A stretch of DNA of 63,961 nt, filler included, from Reticulomyxa filosa (Eukaryota > Protista > Foraminifera): NCBI GenBank assembly GCA_000512085.1. It is 17 parts of 17 records of this genome, joined end to end, with 100 filler letters (N's around TTAATTAATTAA, not from the genome) between each part and the next. Parts side by side here need not be neighbours in the genome. Positions count along the whole stretch, not along the records: positions 38,136 to 43,642 come from ASPP01001059.1; positions 43,743 to 52,712 come from ASPP01004569.1; 15 more parts are not named here. One strand, 5' to 3'. Below the pieces are notes generated by a model, which searched no databases, was not told where the DNA came from, and saw only the letters and a program-made list of their open reading frames with translations. The position numbers and the translations under genes were made by a program. Positions 38,036 to 52,812 of this stretch are shown one piece after another (positions within the stretch are counted from its first letter, which is position 1; the number at the start of each line of letters is the position of its first letter).

Positions 38036-38356
38036 NNNNNNNNNNNNNNNNNNNNNNNNNNNNNNNNNNNNNNNNNNNNTTAATTAATTAANNNNNNNNN
38101 NNNNNNNNNNNNNNNNNNNNNNNNNNNNNNNNNNNTTTAGGTATGGCAGTTTTTTTTGCAATCTACTGTATTTATTAAAATGTCAGAATAGGTTTGAAAA
38201 TATTTGGATTTATGTCGACCCTAAAAGGGTAAACAATGAAAAGAAGTAAGTCTGTTATACAATTCTGTAGCTACTGTAACGTCAACTTTCGGGTGAACGT
38301 TATCGCAAAGCTTTTTTTTATTATCAAATGCTTTTGTAGTAACATAATCCCTTCCC

Positions 38357-41300
38357 ATGACACAATCACTTGCAGCAGCAACCAGTCTTATTGACTTGGT
38401 TACCCATGATTGGAAAAGTACGCATTTTTGTCAAATAAAAAAGGGGAGGAAAAACAAAAGACTGAAGCGAGAAAGAAAAGGGGGGAAGCAAAAAGACAAC
38501 AAACGGGGTAGGGCAAATTGAAAATGAAATGTACGCATAGAAATCAATTTATCGGGATTACGAAGTGAATTGGACGACAACTTGGAACAATGGCACAACT
38601 TGACAGAAGAAAACAAAAAAAAGCGAGGATTTTTAGGCCAACTAAATAAGGGTGAGTCCATCGAAAAGATTGTGTCTCAAAAAAAAAAAAAAATACATAT
38701 ATATGATCATACATACATATGCATTACATATTAAAGAGTATCGTCAAAGTAAACCAGAAGAGAAAAAAAAGCAATTGGGAAATTTAATCAAGGCATATCA
38801 AAACCACATTGATGAAGAATCAAATCGTTGCAAATTTCTTGAAAACGCATATTTAAAAATATTTCAGGCATTTTTTGTTTGTGTGTTTGTTTTTGCTTTT
38901 TATTGAGCTTTCTTCATTTCTGGCACTAAAAAAAGGGGGTGGTAAAAAAAGTTCATACATACTTTTTTTTTTTTTTTTTTGCTTGTTTATCCTCTTTGAG
39001 TTTACTTCAATGTGGTGAAGCAAAGGAGATGACCAAAAAAAAACAACAACAACAACAGTGGAACGAAACAACAGATATTGACAGATGCTCCTGATCCAGT
39101 GGATGCACTGAACGAAGCACGCGCAAAGCTTTTGGAAGCGCAAAAGGCGTTTTTGGATGTGGAGGAAATGAAGATGCAAGTGCAAAGCTACGAGAACGAG
39201 CTGAAGTCGTTGAAGAATCAAGAAATCACTGTTCGAAATTTGAAAGAGCAGTTGGAGTCGAAGGAGATTGAAATGCAACAAAAAATGTCCCAAGCGGTTT
39301 TGGAAGAGACTCAACGTGTCGAAAAAGAGTATGAAGCATTGTTGCAAGCCGCAAAGCAAACTGAAAATGAGCAACGAGCGCAAGTTTCTTTTTTTAAAAA
39401 AATAAAACAAAACAATGCTGAATGTCTCAAACATAAACATATGCATATGTATGTGTATATGTGCATAGTTACAAGAGAAAAGAAAGGCATTACTGGAATT
39501 GCAAAAACAATTTGATGAAGTACAAAATAATTTGTTTTCACAAAATGTGCAAACAGGTTGAACAAGTTCATTAAAAATATATATATATATATGTACATAT
39601 TTTTGGTGTTTTATTTTGCTTTGTTTCATTGACTCAAATGTCGAATGTGATGAAAGACCCTCACAATTCATCATACAATATATGATATGTACGTGTCAGA
39701 AATAATGACACCAGTGTTGTATGTAACATATTTCGTTTCGATCGTAAGCAGTGTCTGTTTGTGTGTATCGCAGAGGAAAGTACAATATACGAAGAAAATG
39801 CTCGCAGTATGCTGGAAGATGAACTGGAACGGGCAAACGCAACGATCGCGGAATTGCAAAAAGAAAAGGACGTGTTGAATGCTCAATTGGAACAATGGAA
39901 AAAGTACGAGCGACATCGAGCACAAAAGCAAAAGTATGACAAAGACGACAACATAAGTATGCCGGATTTGAGCTCTCTCAATATCAGCTCATTTGACAAC
40001 GACTTGTCGTTGCTCAATGACCCGGAACAAATGCAATTGGAAATTCGGACTTTACGTAAAAAAACGAATGACAAAAACGACGAAATTCAATCCTTAAAAG
40101 CAAAACACGCGGATAAGGAAAAAGAAATGAATCATATCATTGAATCCAATCGATTACATATTGAAAGATTGCAACAAGTTTGTTTTTTTTTTTTTTATAA
40201 TTTTTTATTTTAATCAAACTTTTTTTTTTTAATTAAATAAAAAAAAAAAAAGCAACTCGATAAATATCGAAATGAACTTCAAAAACTACCGAGCGAACTG
40301 GAATATGAAGCGTTGAAAAAAAAAGTGGTGGTGTTGCAACAGCAGTTTTTACAAAGCTCGAAGCATGGCGGAAACATGGCAAACGATGGGAATAATAATG
40401 ACAATGATAATGATAATGACCACGACGGTGATCGTCTCAATGAAAAATTTGAACTTCATGACGGTGATCAACATGACGACGGCAATAATAATAACGACGC
40501 TGGTGATGGCGATGACCAGGCTCATCTCAATGTAGATATGAGCTTGGAAACGTTGTTTTATCGCAAAACAAGAAAATTGGAAACACAAATCACCAAACTC
40601 AAAGTTTTGCAAAATTACGACAAAAAAAAAAAAAAGAAAAAATGTATGTACATATAAATATATTTATACATATACATATTTATACATATGTATACTCCTT
40701 TCTATCACTTTTGCTTTATATGTGCAATATACAACAGCTGCAACTGTACAAGAAAACAGACAAAATTCACGAGTTGGAAAGTGACTTGGAAAAATTGAAA
40801 GAAAAAAACGAAGAACAACAGTCATTGATCACGCAGTTGGAAAATGACTTGGCGCAATTCATTGGGGGTGGCAACAACAACAACAACAACAACAATAACA
40901 ACAATAATAATAACGAGAACAACAATGGTAATAAAACCGCCAACAAAGGAAAAACAGACACATTATCCAGATTGATTGGAAATGACAGTGGCGAAGACAA
41001 TGAAAAAAAAGTAAAAGAAGAACCGGAGATTGTCATTGACCTCGCCTCGATGTCGTCCGAGTCCAATCCGTTGCCTAAGTTGGATGACTCGGAAACTCAA
41101 CCGCTAAACAAATCCATACGACCTGTAAGAAACACAGAAAGCTATTTCGAAAATCGAGAAGCAAAGGAACTGCAAATTCGACAAAAGTCAGACACCACTG
41201 CTTTCGCAATTGTTTGTCAACAAAGAGATCGCTTTCGTGAAAGAGCGACAAACTTGGAAAATGATCGAATCAAATTACAAAGCAAATACGATCGCTTAGA

Positions 41301-41934
41301 AATTGAACGCAACACTTTGAAGTCTGAAAATTTGCAATTGTATGCCAAAATTAAATTTTTAGAAACATACAACCAAAACAAATCTTCTTTGAGTGGTCCA
41401 AGTTTATCTATTACAAAGGTATTTTCTATTTACAAAAAAAATTTGTTGTAACAATGAAGAAAAAATTATCGAGAGGTGACTATTAATTTCATACTCAACA
41501 CTTTAGGGCAATTCACAATTACGTTCACGATCCGAGTTATTAGAAACTAATGACGTTGAAATGAAATATGCCGAAATGTATGAACAACAAATGAATCCTT
41601 TTTCAAAGTTCAAGCAAATTGAAAAGCAACAACGAATCCAAAACCTGCAATGGACGGAATGGATTGCATACGTTGTAGGTTCCACAGTTTTAAGGTTTGT
41701 TACAATGAGAGAAAAAAAGACAGCCACAGCCGAACAAATACAACTCTCGTGTGTTGAATGCTTTTTTTTATTGATAGTCGGAAAACGTTTCGAGTATTCA
41801 CTGTATTTTACGCACTTGCCTTACATTTGCTTACATTTTTTGCGCTGTACCATGAGTTTAGGTCGCACGGATTTTCACATCCTGACTGTGACACACATAA
41901 TTACCCGCTACCAGGTGTGACACTATCACATTGA
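38357..41934 (+). CDS. Golgin CASP / Coy1 (CUX1 alternative product)-like protein, multi-exon
   Basis: N-terminal 'LIKAYQNHID...LENAYLKIFQ|ILTDAPDP', long coiled coil, CASP_C 'IVCQQRDRFR...LKSENLQLYAKIKFLETY...YEQQMNPFSKF', and C-terminal TM 'FTVFYALALHLLTF' with the conserved Y and H. Confidence 0.92.
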
Positions 41935-43375
41935 TCAAGTTTTACTTTTTCTTCTCAACAGTAAGCAGCATTATTTTTTTTACAAATGTTGGTGAATTGA
42001 CCTTTTGCGTTTCGTGCAAAATCATATGTTTTCCTCGACTTTTTAGCGAGGATCAAAATCATGATCAGTTAAAATGTAACAAAGACACAAATTGGGCATT
42101 CTCGCTTAATGTCAACAACTTTTTTGAGCAACTGATTTCTTCTTTTAGTAACAATTTTAAAGAATAATACAGAATTTTGATGTTTCAAAAATTCGAATAT
42201 TTTCATTTTTCAACAAAGACATTAAAAGAATTTTCAAAATGACACAATGCTTTCAAAAGAAAAGTAACAAAATGAAAAGTGCAAAATAAATCTACTCTTT
42301 CATTGCGAATTTGCGCATTTATCTTATTCAGCAAACCACCTGTACACACATAAACTACAAGTTTGAGAGAGAAAAACAAAACAAGCTTAAAAAAAAATTA
42401 CACAATCAGTGATAATATTCAATTCACTTGTTGTCATTAATTATATGGTTTTAAGCCATCATGTAAATTTTCAAACAATAAATATAAGCCAAACTAAACT
42501 GCTAAACTGGCCATTTCAGCGTTTTCAAAAAGGAAAGAAAGCAAAATAAAATATTTTTTGTTGGTAGTTCGTTTTCCAAGTTTTGTTGACAAAAGGGCAG
42601 CAAATTTTTTTCGTACGTTTCGAAAACAGGCTGAACTGAGAGGGTTAAGGCAATGTAAGTCTATGATGCAGAAAAAATTTTCATGATCATGTTATGTTGA
42701 AAATTATAAGAAAAACGTCAAAGAGTACGTTACTAAAATTTTAGATAGTGAGAAAAAAAAATCGGATAGTCAAATTTTGAAACAATAAAAAACATACAAT
42801 GCACCATGAAGGCACATGAAACAATATGGAGAAAAGAAAAAAACTAAACAAACACACTACAAGCAAAATTACCAAGGGTGAAACTCTCCACATACCGCTA
42901 GCAATCATGCTTGCGTTAATATATGCGTACATATTTCCTTTTTGTTGCTTGCAAGAGCCAGCAACCGCTGAAATCCTTTGCTGACAACATTTTAACAAAA
43001 AAAAATACACAATTCTAACAAAAGTCCATTAAAGATCACAAAAAAATTGCCTCTCTTTTGAGAGATACACGCACACACAGAACACACACCAATAATGAAA
43101 CACTGCAAAAGAGAAGTAGGCAAAGCAGCAAATCAAATAAAAAAACAATAATGTGACGTTTACGCAATTGAGACTAGCCAACGACAACAAAAGCAAAAAC
43201 GTCAACTTTTGGATTTTTTTTTTGGTGTTATTAGCATCGTGTCATTTATTACAACAATGTATCCTATTGCAAGGACATAAGGAACGGATCAGGAACGCAC
43301 TTGCACAAAACTGGAATTAAAGAGGAACAAGACAAGGAAGGAAAGAGAGAGAGAGAGAGAAAGACAGGGACTGGA

Positions 43376-43622
43376 CTACTCTTTGTCCGATGAATACTGC
43401 ATCGTGGCAGACATGATCGAAGTGGAAGTCACTCGATGGGCAGTTGCGCTCATCTCTTTGGCTGCGTCCGTGTGGGATGCCACCAGGTGCTCCCCTGAAG
43501 TGTCTTGTGGGATCGGCAGTTGTTGACGGTCCACCATTTGTGAAATAGTCAGAAGCGACGTTGTGGTCTTTTCAGGTATCGGCGACACGTTTCGCAAAGT
43601 ATTGCGATACCAATTGAACCCC
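43376..43622 (-). CDS. Terminal exon of an unknown gene
   Basis: Open, higher-GC frame after an oligo-A+AG acceptor at the contig edge, ending 'QYSSDKE*'. Confidence 0.45.
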
Positions 43623-44973
43623 TTTTTTTTTTTTTTTTTTTTNNNNNNNNNNNNNNNNNNNNNNNNNNNNNNNNNNNNNNNNNNNNTTAATTAATTAANN
43701 NNNNNNNNNNNNNNNNNNNNNNNNNNNNNNNNNNNNNNNNNNAAATTTGCTAATCTTTTTTTAATCAATTTTTGATATTTTCCCTTTTTTTTTTTAGGTG
43801 TTTGATATTGATTTTTGTCATTTTGATTATTTTGTTGCCAAAATATTTATTGACAAACATTAGATGAAAATTCCATAACAATAAGCGCAAATTTTGGTAG
43901 TGGAAACATTTTAGTCTGGTCATGTTTTGGAGCATTATGAACAGGTTACGCTTGCAAGGTGGAAGATTGAGTAAATACTTATATATATAAAGAAATTTTA
44001 TCTGACGAAGTCTAAAGAGCATCAATTGCTTTAGTAAATAATTGAAAATCTTTGGTGGATATTAAATACAATGATTAAAAAAAAATGACCATTTAATATA
44101 ACGTAAGAACTTTGGGGCTAATTCGAAACAGAATGTGAAAAAATTGAAACAAACATTTTTGAAACCTTAATAAAGTCTATGCTAAAGAGAATACATCAAG
44201 TTAAAAAAGCCAATAAGATTTAACACGTTGGTAAAATTAAATTAAATTTTAAAAAACAATCTTATCATACTCATGCATCACAAAAAATTTTTTTAAAGTA
44301 AATGAAAGATTAAAATTTTTGAAAAAATTGTAAATACTTAATAAAAAACCAAAATGATATTTAAAAACTACATTATTCGTAGATATTTTAAAAATTTTTG
44401 ATTAAATGTTGTTTTTCATGGAGAAATACAATAATCTCTATAAGGTGGCATTTTATGTGTAAACTTTCTTTTTTATCCTACTGTAATAGCATCAATAAAT
44501 AAACATAAAAAAACGAAAATTTGACGTTGAAGCTACGTGGCGTAAAATAAAAAAGTTTTTTTTCGATAAATGAAAACAAAATTTATATAAAATAGATTTT
44601 TATTGAACAGTTATTTGCAATATGTATAATGTATACTTTTATATAAAGGAATACTAGCAGTCGTTTTTACACAGAAGAAGATCTGTAATTGCAATGTTAA
44701 ATCACAAACTATTTTAAATTTTGAATTCTTAATATAATTTCCAATAAAATCCAATTAAAAAAGCTGAAAAACTTAATTCATCTAAAGTGAATTGGAGCCT
44801 ATCAGTATTTTTACTGTAAACGTTGGAGTGGCTGTCCAATGTGAAAGGAAGGCACAGTTTAGAGCCAAAGTTTTGCACAAGGGTTTTACTGTTTAAAACG
44901 GAACTTTTACAAAAAGCAATTTTTTTTTACTTAGTTGGTCATAAAATAATACTTCCGAGTGATATTTTGTGAA

Positions 44974-47481
44974 ATGGCTGCAAGTGAAGTGGAGTTTCAA
45001 ACAAACGAAGAAAACGACGTAGTGAACAGTGAAAATGACAAAGAGAAAGAAAGCGACGAAAACAACCCAAAAAATGCCAATAATAAGTGCCGTTCCATTG
45101 GTCGATGGCGCATAGGAGAAACCCTTGGAAAGGGTGGTTACTCATGGTATGTTTTTGCAACAGGAGAGGCAAAAATGACAAATACAAAGTAGTTATTGTG
45201 GATGTGCACAGGGTAAAAAAGGGATACGACAAGAAGACATCCAAATGCGTGGCATTGAAATTTATGGCAAAAGCGGATCAGTCTTGGTCTCAAGAGCAAG
45301 TATTCATATTCTAAACTTTTTTTTTTGATTTATTTATCTTGCTTAATTTTATGTGCCGGATATTTCTTGTGAACAAACGTATACTTGGCTTTTATTCTTT
45401 GCTATTACTACTATTTCTGAAAGACTTTAAAAAGAGAGCAGTCTTTATCCAAACAACCAAACATAAGCAGTCGACAACAATAAAAAAAAAAAATTTAGAC
45501 AAAACAAGTAATTATCGAAATTGAAGCATTGAAAAAAGTTCGTCACCAAAATGTGATCAAATTGTATGCGTACAATTTGAACGCAAAATACCCGATGAAG
45601 AACAATGAAAGATTGGATTGCATTTTGTTGGTTTTGGAGTATGCTCCTGCGGGAGAGCTCTTTGACATTTTATACTACACTTCAGCCTTAGAACCAGTTG
45701 TTGCACGTACTTACTTCAGACAATTCATTGCCGGTAGACAAAAAAAAAAAGCTTTTGTTTTTTTGACATTGAACTACGTATAAACTGCGTTTCATTATTT
45801 GTCAATGTTTTTGTTTTTTTAAAAAAACATTAGGTTTGGAAGCTTGCCATAATGTAGGTATCGCGCATCGTGACCTTAAGCCCCAAAATTTGCTATTAGA
45901 CGCAAAGTTCAATTTGAAAGTTAGTTTTATTTTTTAAGTATACATAAATTGTTAATTTATGTACTTGTCTTGGTGGATTTTTTTTTTTCCCCCCCCCACA
46001 ACAAAAACAAAAATTCTTGTATACATGTACGCTAAAACAAATATCAAGCTAACCGATTTTGGTTTGTCCAAAGTGTTTGAATCGGATGCAGACACTGTGA
46101 TGAAAACATCGTACGTCGGTACAAAAGGCTACCAAGCACCTGAGTTATTGTTGAATCGTCCATACGATTTGTTAGCTGATGTTTTTTCTGCTGGCGTTGT
46201 GTTGTTCATCTTGTTGACAGGCTGTTTAGTGTTGTCTTTTTTTTCTTTTTTTCCTTCTACACGAAATAATAAATGGACTGTGGGATCGTTTGTGTGTATG
46301 TTGCGTGATACCATTTGCGGCATATCACAAAAAAATTAATGGAAATTGGCAGACCCACCATTTGAACAAGCACATAAGAATGATCGATGGTTCCGTCCTT
46401 TAGCAAAAGCTGATTATAAGAAATTTTGGGAGTTGCATTCAGGATGCCAAATTAGTAATGATCAAGATGTAAAAGATCTGTTGCAACAAATGCTAGCGTA
46501 CAATCCCAAAAATCGTATTACCATTACAGACATAAAGCGTCACAAATGGTTCAATGGAAAATACTTAGAGTTTATCATTTTATTTATTTTTTTTTTTCTT
46601 CTATTTTTGAGACAATAAAAAGTTGCTGGGCGGTATTGAAATGGTATGTTGTAACGTTGTGTGCGTGGTGCGGGGGAGCAGAGGAAAAGATTTGGTGAAA
46701 GTGCTGCGCGGTCGCTATCGACAGATGGAACAGAAACGAAGAAAAGATGCAAAAAAATTAAAGGATATGCAAAATAGCCTGACACGGACAATCGAAGGAT
46801 TGCATGATCATGAGGCAGAAGTGCCGTTGTATCCGTTGGGTGAAGTTGAGGGAGTATGGGACACTCATACTACTGCCAAGTGGAAAGACGTATATAATGC
46901 TGTCAACACTGTTGTCCATGAAATCTCTGGTCACGCTGTTTACAACTTTGATGATAACACTGTTAAGATGTTCAATTTTTTTTATTTGTTTATTCTTTCT
47001 TTTTTTTTTTAACTATTGAATTACAAATAAAAACGAAATTTTTTTATTTTATTCGTAATTCAATTTTGCCAAGTAAAAGAATAAACAAATAAAAAAACAA
47101 ATTGTAACACAATGGACTCAGTTGGTGTGCTCGGTGAAATTGCAAAATCCACATTTAAGCGGAGAATCACTAGTGCGATTCCATGTGCAAGTCTTCCGTT
47201 CCCGAGAGTTTCAAAGTGGCCCTACACATCATGATAGTGACAGTGATCAAGAAGTGAACAAAGCCGCGGCAGACACTGTTCATGTCGTACGATTCCGGCG
47301 TCTTGAGGGCGATGTTCTGGATTGGAAGAAAATATTAAATCAGGTTATTTACAAAAAATGTACATCGGTTCTAACTGGATTGCCTCGATGGGCACGTCGA
47401 GAATTGAGCAAAGTTGCTGCCACACAAAACACTGAAGATGATTATGACAAAATTTTAGCCAAAGAAGGATCACTCTTCTAA
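44974..47481 (+). CDS. Ser/Thr protein kinase (CAMK/AMPK-related group) with a KA1-like C-terminal domain, multi-exon
   Basis: [37 protein letters not shown] and G|YPPF. Tail 'VRFHVQVF...[17 protein letters not shown]'. Confidence 0.93.
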
Positions 47482-48230
47482 CATTATTATTTCTCATAGC
47501 TGTAATATTTGTTTCTTAAATTTTTTTTACTCATCTCGTTTGTTTGTGTTAGCATATTGATGTTTCAACAAACCTTAAAACAGCTATGGAGCGCTTTCAT
47601 GTTTTTTAAGCAGATTGTTATTAGCACAGCACGGTAACTTATAGCTAATATCATTTGCTTTTTTTTTTTGCTGTGGTTTGTTATTGTAAAATGAGCATAC
47701 TTGTTTTGACTTACTTAGCTCGCAAGTTTTTACTGCGATGTGTTTTTTCTTGTTTTGAACAAAATTCAAACAAGGTTATGTTTTGTGTGATTACTTAGTA
47801 ATTGAAAAGGAAATTTGTAAAGCCCACGGAAAATGACTTGTGTGCGTCTAAAAATCACTTGCAGCATAAATATTAAATTGTCTTACAATAACAATATCAT
47901 TGAAAAAGTAATTTGAAAGATTCGATTTGTCGTCAATATTTAGCTAAAAATGCAGTAGAAACAAGTAATTTAAAATTTCTATATTGGCAAAAAGGGAATT
48001 ATGCTGCCTGAAAATCTTTTAATCGGTTTAAAAAGAGAGATCAAGTTTTCCATGGATTTAAACAACGAGTCATATATTTTTCGAAAGTTGTAATAGTCAC
48101 AAAGACAAAATAGCAAATTAAGCTATGTCCAGGACAGTATCAACACCAACTCATAAATGTCCAAAAAAAACCACCAAAAAAATAAACTTCACAAAAAACT
48201 TTTAGTTCAAAACTCTTTAGATTCGGATGA

Positions 48231-51173
48231 TTAGCTTTCCGTTTTTTGCTCATCAGAAGCTTTTTCAGCTGAACTTTGATCAATTTCATCAGATTTGCCC
48301 CAGTAGCTACGTTGTTTTTCATTAACCAAATTGCCGCGGTGTCCTTTGGCCTTATCTTCCAAATCTCTTTTTTTGACTTTTGTTTCACCAATGATTTCTT
48401 GTAATCGGTGGCTTGCTCTCATATGTCCACCTTTGTTTCTTTCTTCGTCAATCAAGAAGCACATGAATATCGTGTTAATGCCAGTGTCAAAAATCAACAA
48501 AAATTGCCATGAAATGGCCCATGTAATAAGCGCAACAATGAGGAGGATTATCAACAATGACGAAACACGATCACCATAGACCAAACGACATACCATCACA
48601 GTAATACCACAATTGAACGCAATAATGGTAAATTGGCCAATCTTTGTCAGGTATCCACTTACCATGTCTAATGCAGCGGCTCTGACAACGTTTTGGAATA
48701 CTAATGCCAATCCTTTGCTAGATGCAGCACACAAAGGCCATCCATAAATTGCCGTAACAATAATACCGTGTTCCTTTTTCATTTTTTTTACAAGAATTAT
48801 CGCATAGAAAAACATGTAAAAAGTTTGCAAAATAAAACAAAAAAAGACGAAGAATAACATTAATTCGATCAATGATGCATGCCAAACACTTCAACAAACA
48901 GTGAATCACTGCCAATAAAGCTTTTTGAGCAAAAGTGGGATCTTCGTCCATCAATTTCTTTTCAAAGTAAGTCAGCATGGTATCACACCATTGGACAATA
49001 GCTACCAACAAAGCAGCGTAGGACACAGTTCCTAAATGGAATTTGTTTGTTCTTACTGCTGATGACCTTAATGGGTCATTGCTCAACTCTCCTTCACCTT
49101 CACCTCTCTTTTTCAAAGTTTCCTCTGCATCTGCCCAGTCGGCAAAGTACCACTCCGCATAAATCCCACTGACCACCATGTACGAATGATACGTGAAAAA
49201 GTTTAATATCCACAATAATATGAAAAAGTGGTACATCATCGCATATTTGTAGTCATCCACAACGTGATAATAGTGGAATTGCGAGTGTCCTAAATTCAAT
49301 GACTTATTTAAGGTCTTTCCTCCTTTGTAGTAAGGTTCATTCACACCAGATGGAAAATTTTCAACTGTTTTTTCGGAAACTGACACCAACACTAAAGCGC
49401 CTGTTGTACACACGTGGCAACCAAAAAAAAAAATAAAAGATTGTGGTGTTGAGAAACACACAAACAAACAAAAAACAAAGACAAAAACGTACCAAAGACC
49501 CAGTACAAAAAGTACAATCCCAATAAGAAAAATGGAATGACTGGATAAAAAATGACGTTGGCTGCTGCCGACAATGCTCGCGTTGTTTCTTTGGCCAAAG
49601 CCACAGCCAATTGAATTCGACGGATCATGAAAAGAACAGCCAAGAAATACATACCATCCAATGCGAGCAATATGTAGCCACCATAATACATGGCATCACC
49701 AATTTTATCATACCCATATTTGTAAGCTTCGTGGCTGTACTTGATCAAAAATGTCGATATCAGTATAATACCAATTAACACCAAAATAATGCTGGCCCAG
49801 ATCAATATGTCTGCTATTTGTCGCAGTGCACGACTGTAGCCAACTGATAATAGGGCTGCGCCGATGCATCTATACCATCACATTGTATTCCGTGTTTTGC
49901 AAAAAAAAAAAAAAAGAGTAGCTTCGCGTTCATGCTTAAAAAAAAAAACCGTACACAAAAGAATTAAATAAATATAATTTTTAAAAATGCACATACGCTC
50001 CAAATAGGATTGGCCAAGCAACCAGGAAATCATTAATGCCCTTGTTAATAGCTTCTTGCAAGCTATCCAATTGTTTTTTGTAATGGCTGTAATAATCCTT
50101 AAACGACACTGAGACAAAGCTGTCGGTCGAGTTTGGGTCAGGAACACAGTGATGTATAACTTAATGATTTATTTCAATACACACAATTTTTGTAAAGTAT
50201 TTTTTTCCCCCTCTCAAAAAAATTTTACACTTGTGTTTTAAAAAAAAATATCTTGACTTACATCGGACAGTTTTGTAGCCCCAAACATGATCAGAGTCAT
50301 TATACGACTTGCTCAGGTCCGTGTTGAAAGGAGGGGTGACCATTCGATCATCAGTTAAAGTTTTGCGGCATCTGTCCCGCAAATCATTATTTTTTCCATT
50401 CGAATGTCTGGCCAGGCAGCCAATTTTCCTTCTGGTAAAGGTATCACATACAAATGCAACGAGGTGATTGAGGGTTAAAAAAAAAGGGGACAGGGTAACG
50501 TATAAACCCTGAAGATTTTTTCATCTCTTCTCCCCCTTTTTTTTGGACCATAAACATTGACCAAAGTAAACCTTAAAAAGTCATATCATACCTGAATTTC
50601 CAGGTTTACAAACGGTGCCATTGTAGTCGGCTCCATGCACTAATCTGGCTGGATCAGCTCCTCCAGTCAACGCAGTAATCACAATGATAAATTGTACAAA
50701 TAAACCCACCAATAATAGCATACAACATGGCACATCTGTCAATGTCAGCCCATTTTTATTTATTTATTCTTTGATTTGTCAAGTAAAAAGATTTTTAAAA
50801 TTTTTTTGCAATTTTCTCTTTACAATTACAAAACCTTGCCTGTGCAAAAACGGTCTTTTTTTTCAATGTGCAAAAAAAAGCGCTTGCGTCCTAATTCTTC
50901 ACAACAGCAACAATGGCAACCGATTGCAAATCCAATCACGCGACAGCAATTTGCGCATGGGCGACAAGGTTTTCCTTCAGCACAACAAGGCTCCTATATT
51001 TGGTGTTGTTGTAGTCAAATAACAAGTTTTCAGCGTTACTAAAAAGAAATTTCAGACGAAATGCTTACGCAAGGCCCCCAATCCTCGAAATTGTCTGTTT
51101 CGTCGTATTCGGCTGACTTATTATCTCCACCGCCTGATTCTGTTCCCTTCAAGGGGCTTTGCTCTGATGTCAT
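48231..51173 (-). CDS. Choline transporter-like (CTL/SLC44/Pns1) protein, multi-exon
   Basis: 'LTDVPCC...RLVHGADYNGTVC', 'RRIQLAVALAKETTRAL', 'FHLGTVSYAALLVAIVQ', 'TAIYGWPLCAASSKG', 'INTIFMCFLIDEE'. Confidence 0.9.
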
Positions 51174-52812
51174 CACTTCAGAAAATTATTTCAAGACTTG
51201 CTGCCAAGAGTGAATTCGGACAAAGTGGGCTACAACTAGAAAAGCGTCTTCAAAAGAACTTCAAAGTTTCACTTTAACTTTATGGGACTGTTATAGTGAA
51301 TAATCTGTCCAGGATTAATATTTTTGTACCTTTTCGCTCCATTGTTGCTTGAAGTATTGAAGTGATTTAGTTGCTGTTGTGAAAAATGTCAGAGTTTAGA
51401 ACTGATAGAGCAATCTTCGAAGAATTGATTTTAAAATAATTACTTAACTTACTGTATAATTAGATGACTTGGACATAATTTGAATTTTTTTGTTTTCTTT
51501 TATGTCAACAAACACATCGTTTACCTCAACTTTTTAAATTTATCGAAATTTAGAATGGAATATAGCATTTTACAAAATAACTTATTCCATACATTCACTA
51601 CAAGCAAGAGATGTGTAATCATTTGTATGTATCAGAAAAAGATTAGTCTATTTATGATTTTTTTGGGTTTGTGCAAGACAGAAGAGTCCTTATTTGCCAA
51701 TTCGAAAATGTACAGGTAATCTCTAACAAAACAACCACCTTGAAGCTCAATAAAATGATTGAACTCTAATACAGTAACTATTGCTTCATTTACTTTAGCT
51801 AAGTGACTCTATAAGTCAGATTTATGCTGGACCGTCGTGGAAGAATAACCAAACATAATAACTAAAACTTGCACATAAACCTCCTTTTCTTATCCATTAC
51901 GTGTTTGGTCAACAGTCAAAAAGAGAATTTTTTTGTTCGGACGTTTCAATTAGGAGGTTGTTACAAAAAAAGTCACTCCAATGTAACTTCGCCATACAAG
52001 TTTAGTGATCACTCAAAATATGGTGAACACACACAAAAACTCCGTAATCATTATTGGAAAAAAAACCACAACACCCAAAAGGAAGGGGAAAAAAAAGACA
52101 GTCGAAAACAGTCAACAAAAAAGTTTCCAAGCTTTCATCGAACCACACAAATGCGTTCAACTCTTGGCCTTTTTTTTCTCAACAAGCACAAAAAAACAAA
52201 AAAAAAAAATAGATGAAAAAAAAACAAACAAAAAAAAAAATCAAAAGCAGGAAATTGAAACAAAACAAAAAGATTTCCATTTTACAAACAACAAAGAAGT
52301 GTATTTACCCCCACAAGGGAAAAAAAACAGAAAGGAGTAAACAAAAAAAAAAAGAGTATCGAGCCCTTTTTGACAATTTTTGAAAACAATTTCTACGTTA
52401 TTTTCATTGTTAACAACAAACAAGGATTAAACAAATTATTTTTGCTTGCATGTGTGGGGGAGAGAGGGGGGGGAAGCAAACAACACCGACAAAAAAAAAA
52501 GACGTGTATAGTAAAAGGTGGAAATAAAAAATGACATAATAAAAAAAACAACTCTGAATTTGACTTTTTAATTGAGGTCTATCATTTGTCTGTGCGCACG
52601 CACATCACAGTTAAAAAATAAAAAAGGGAAAAAAGTAAGGGGAAAAAAAAAAGTTCATCCACAAAGTGATCCCGCATTCACTTAACAAAAACAAGCGAAC
52701 GGACAAACAAACNNNNNNNNNNNNNNNNNNNNNNNNNNNNNNNNNNNNNNNNNNNNTTAATTAATTAANNNNNNNNNNNNNNNNNNNNNNNNNNNNNNNN
52801 NNNNNNNNNNNN

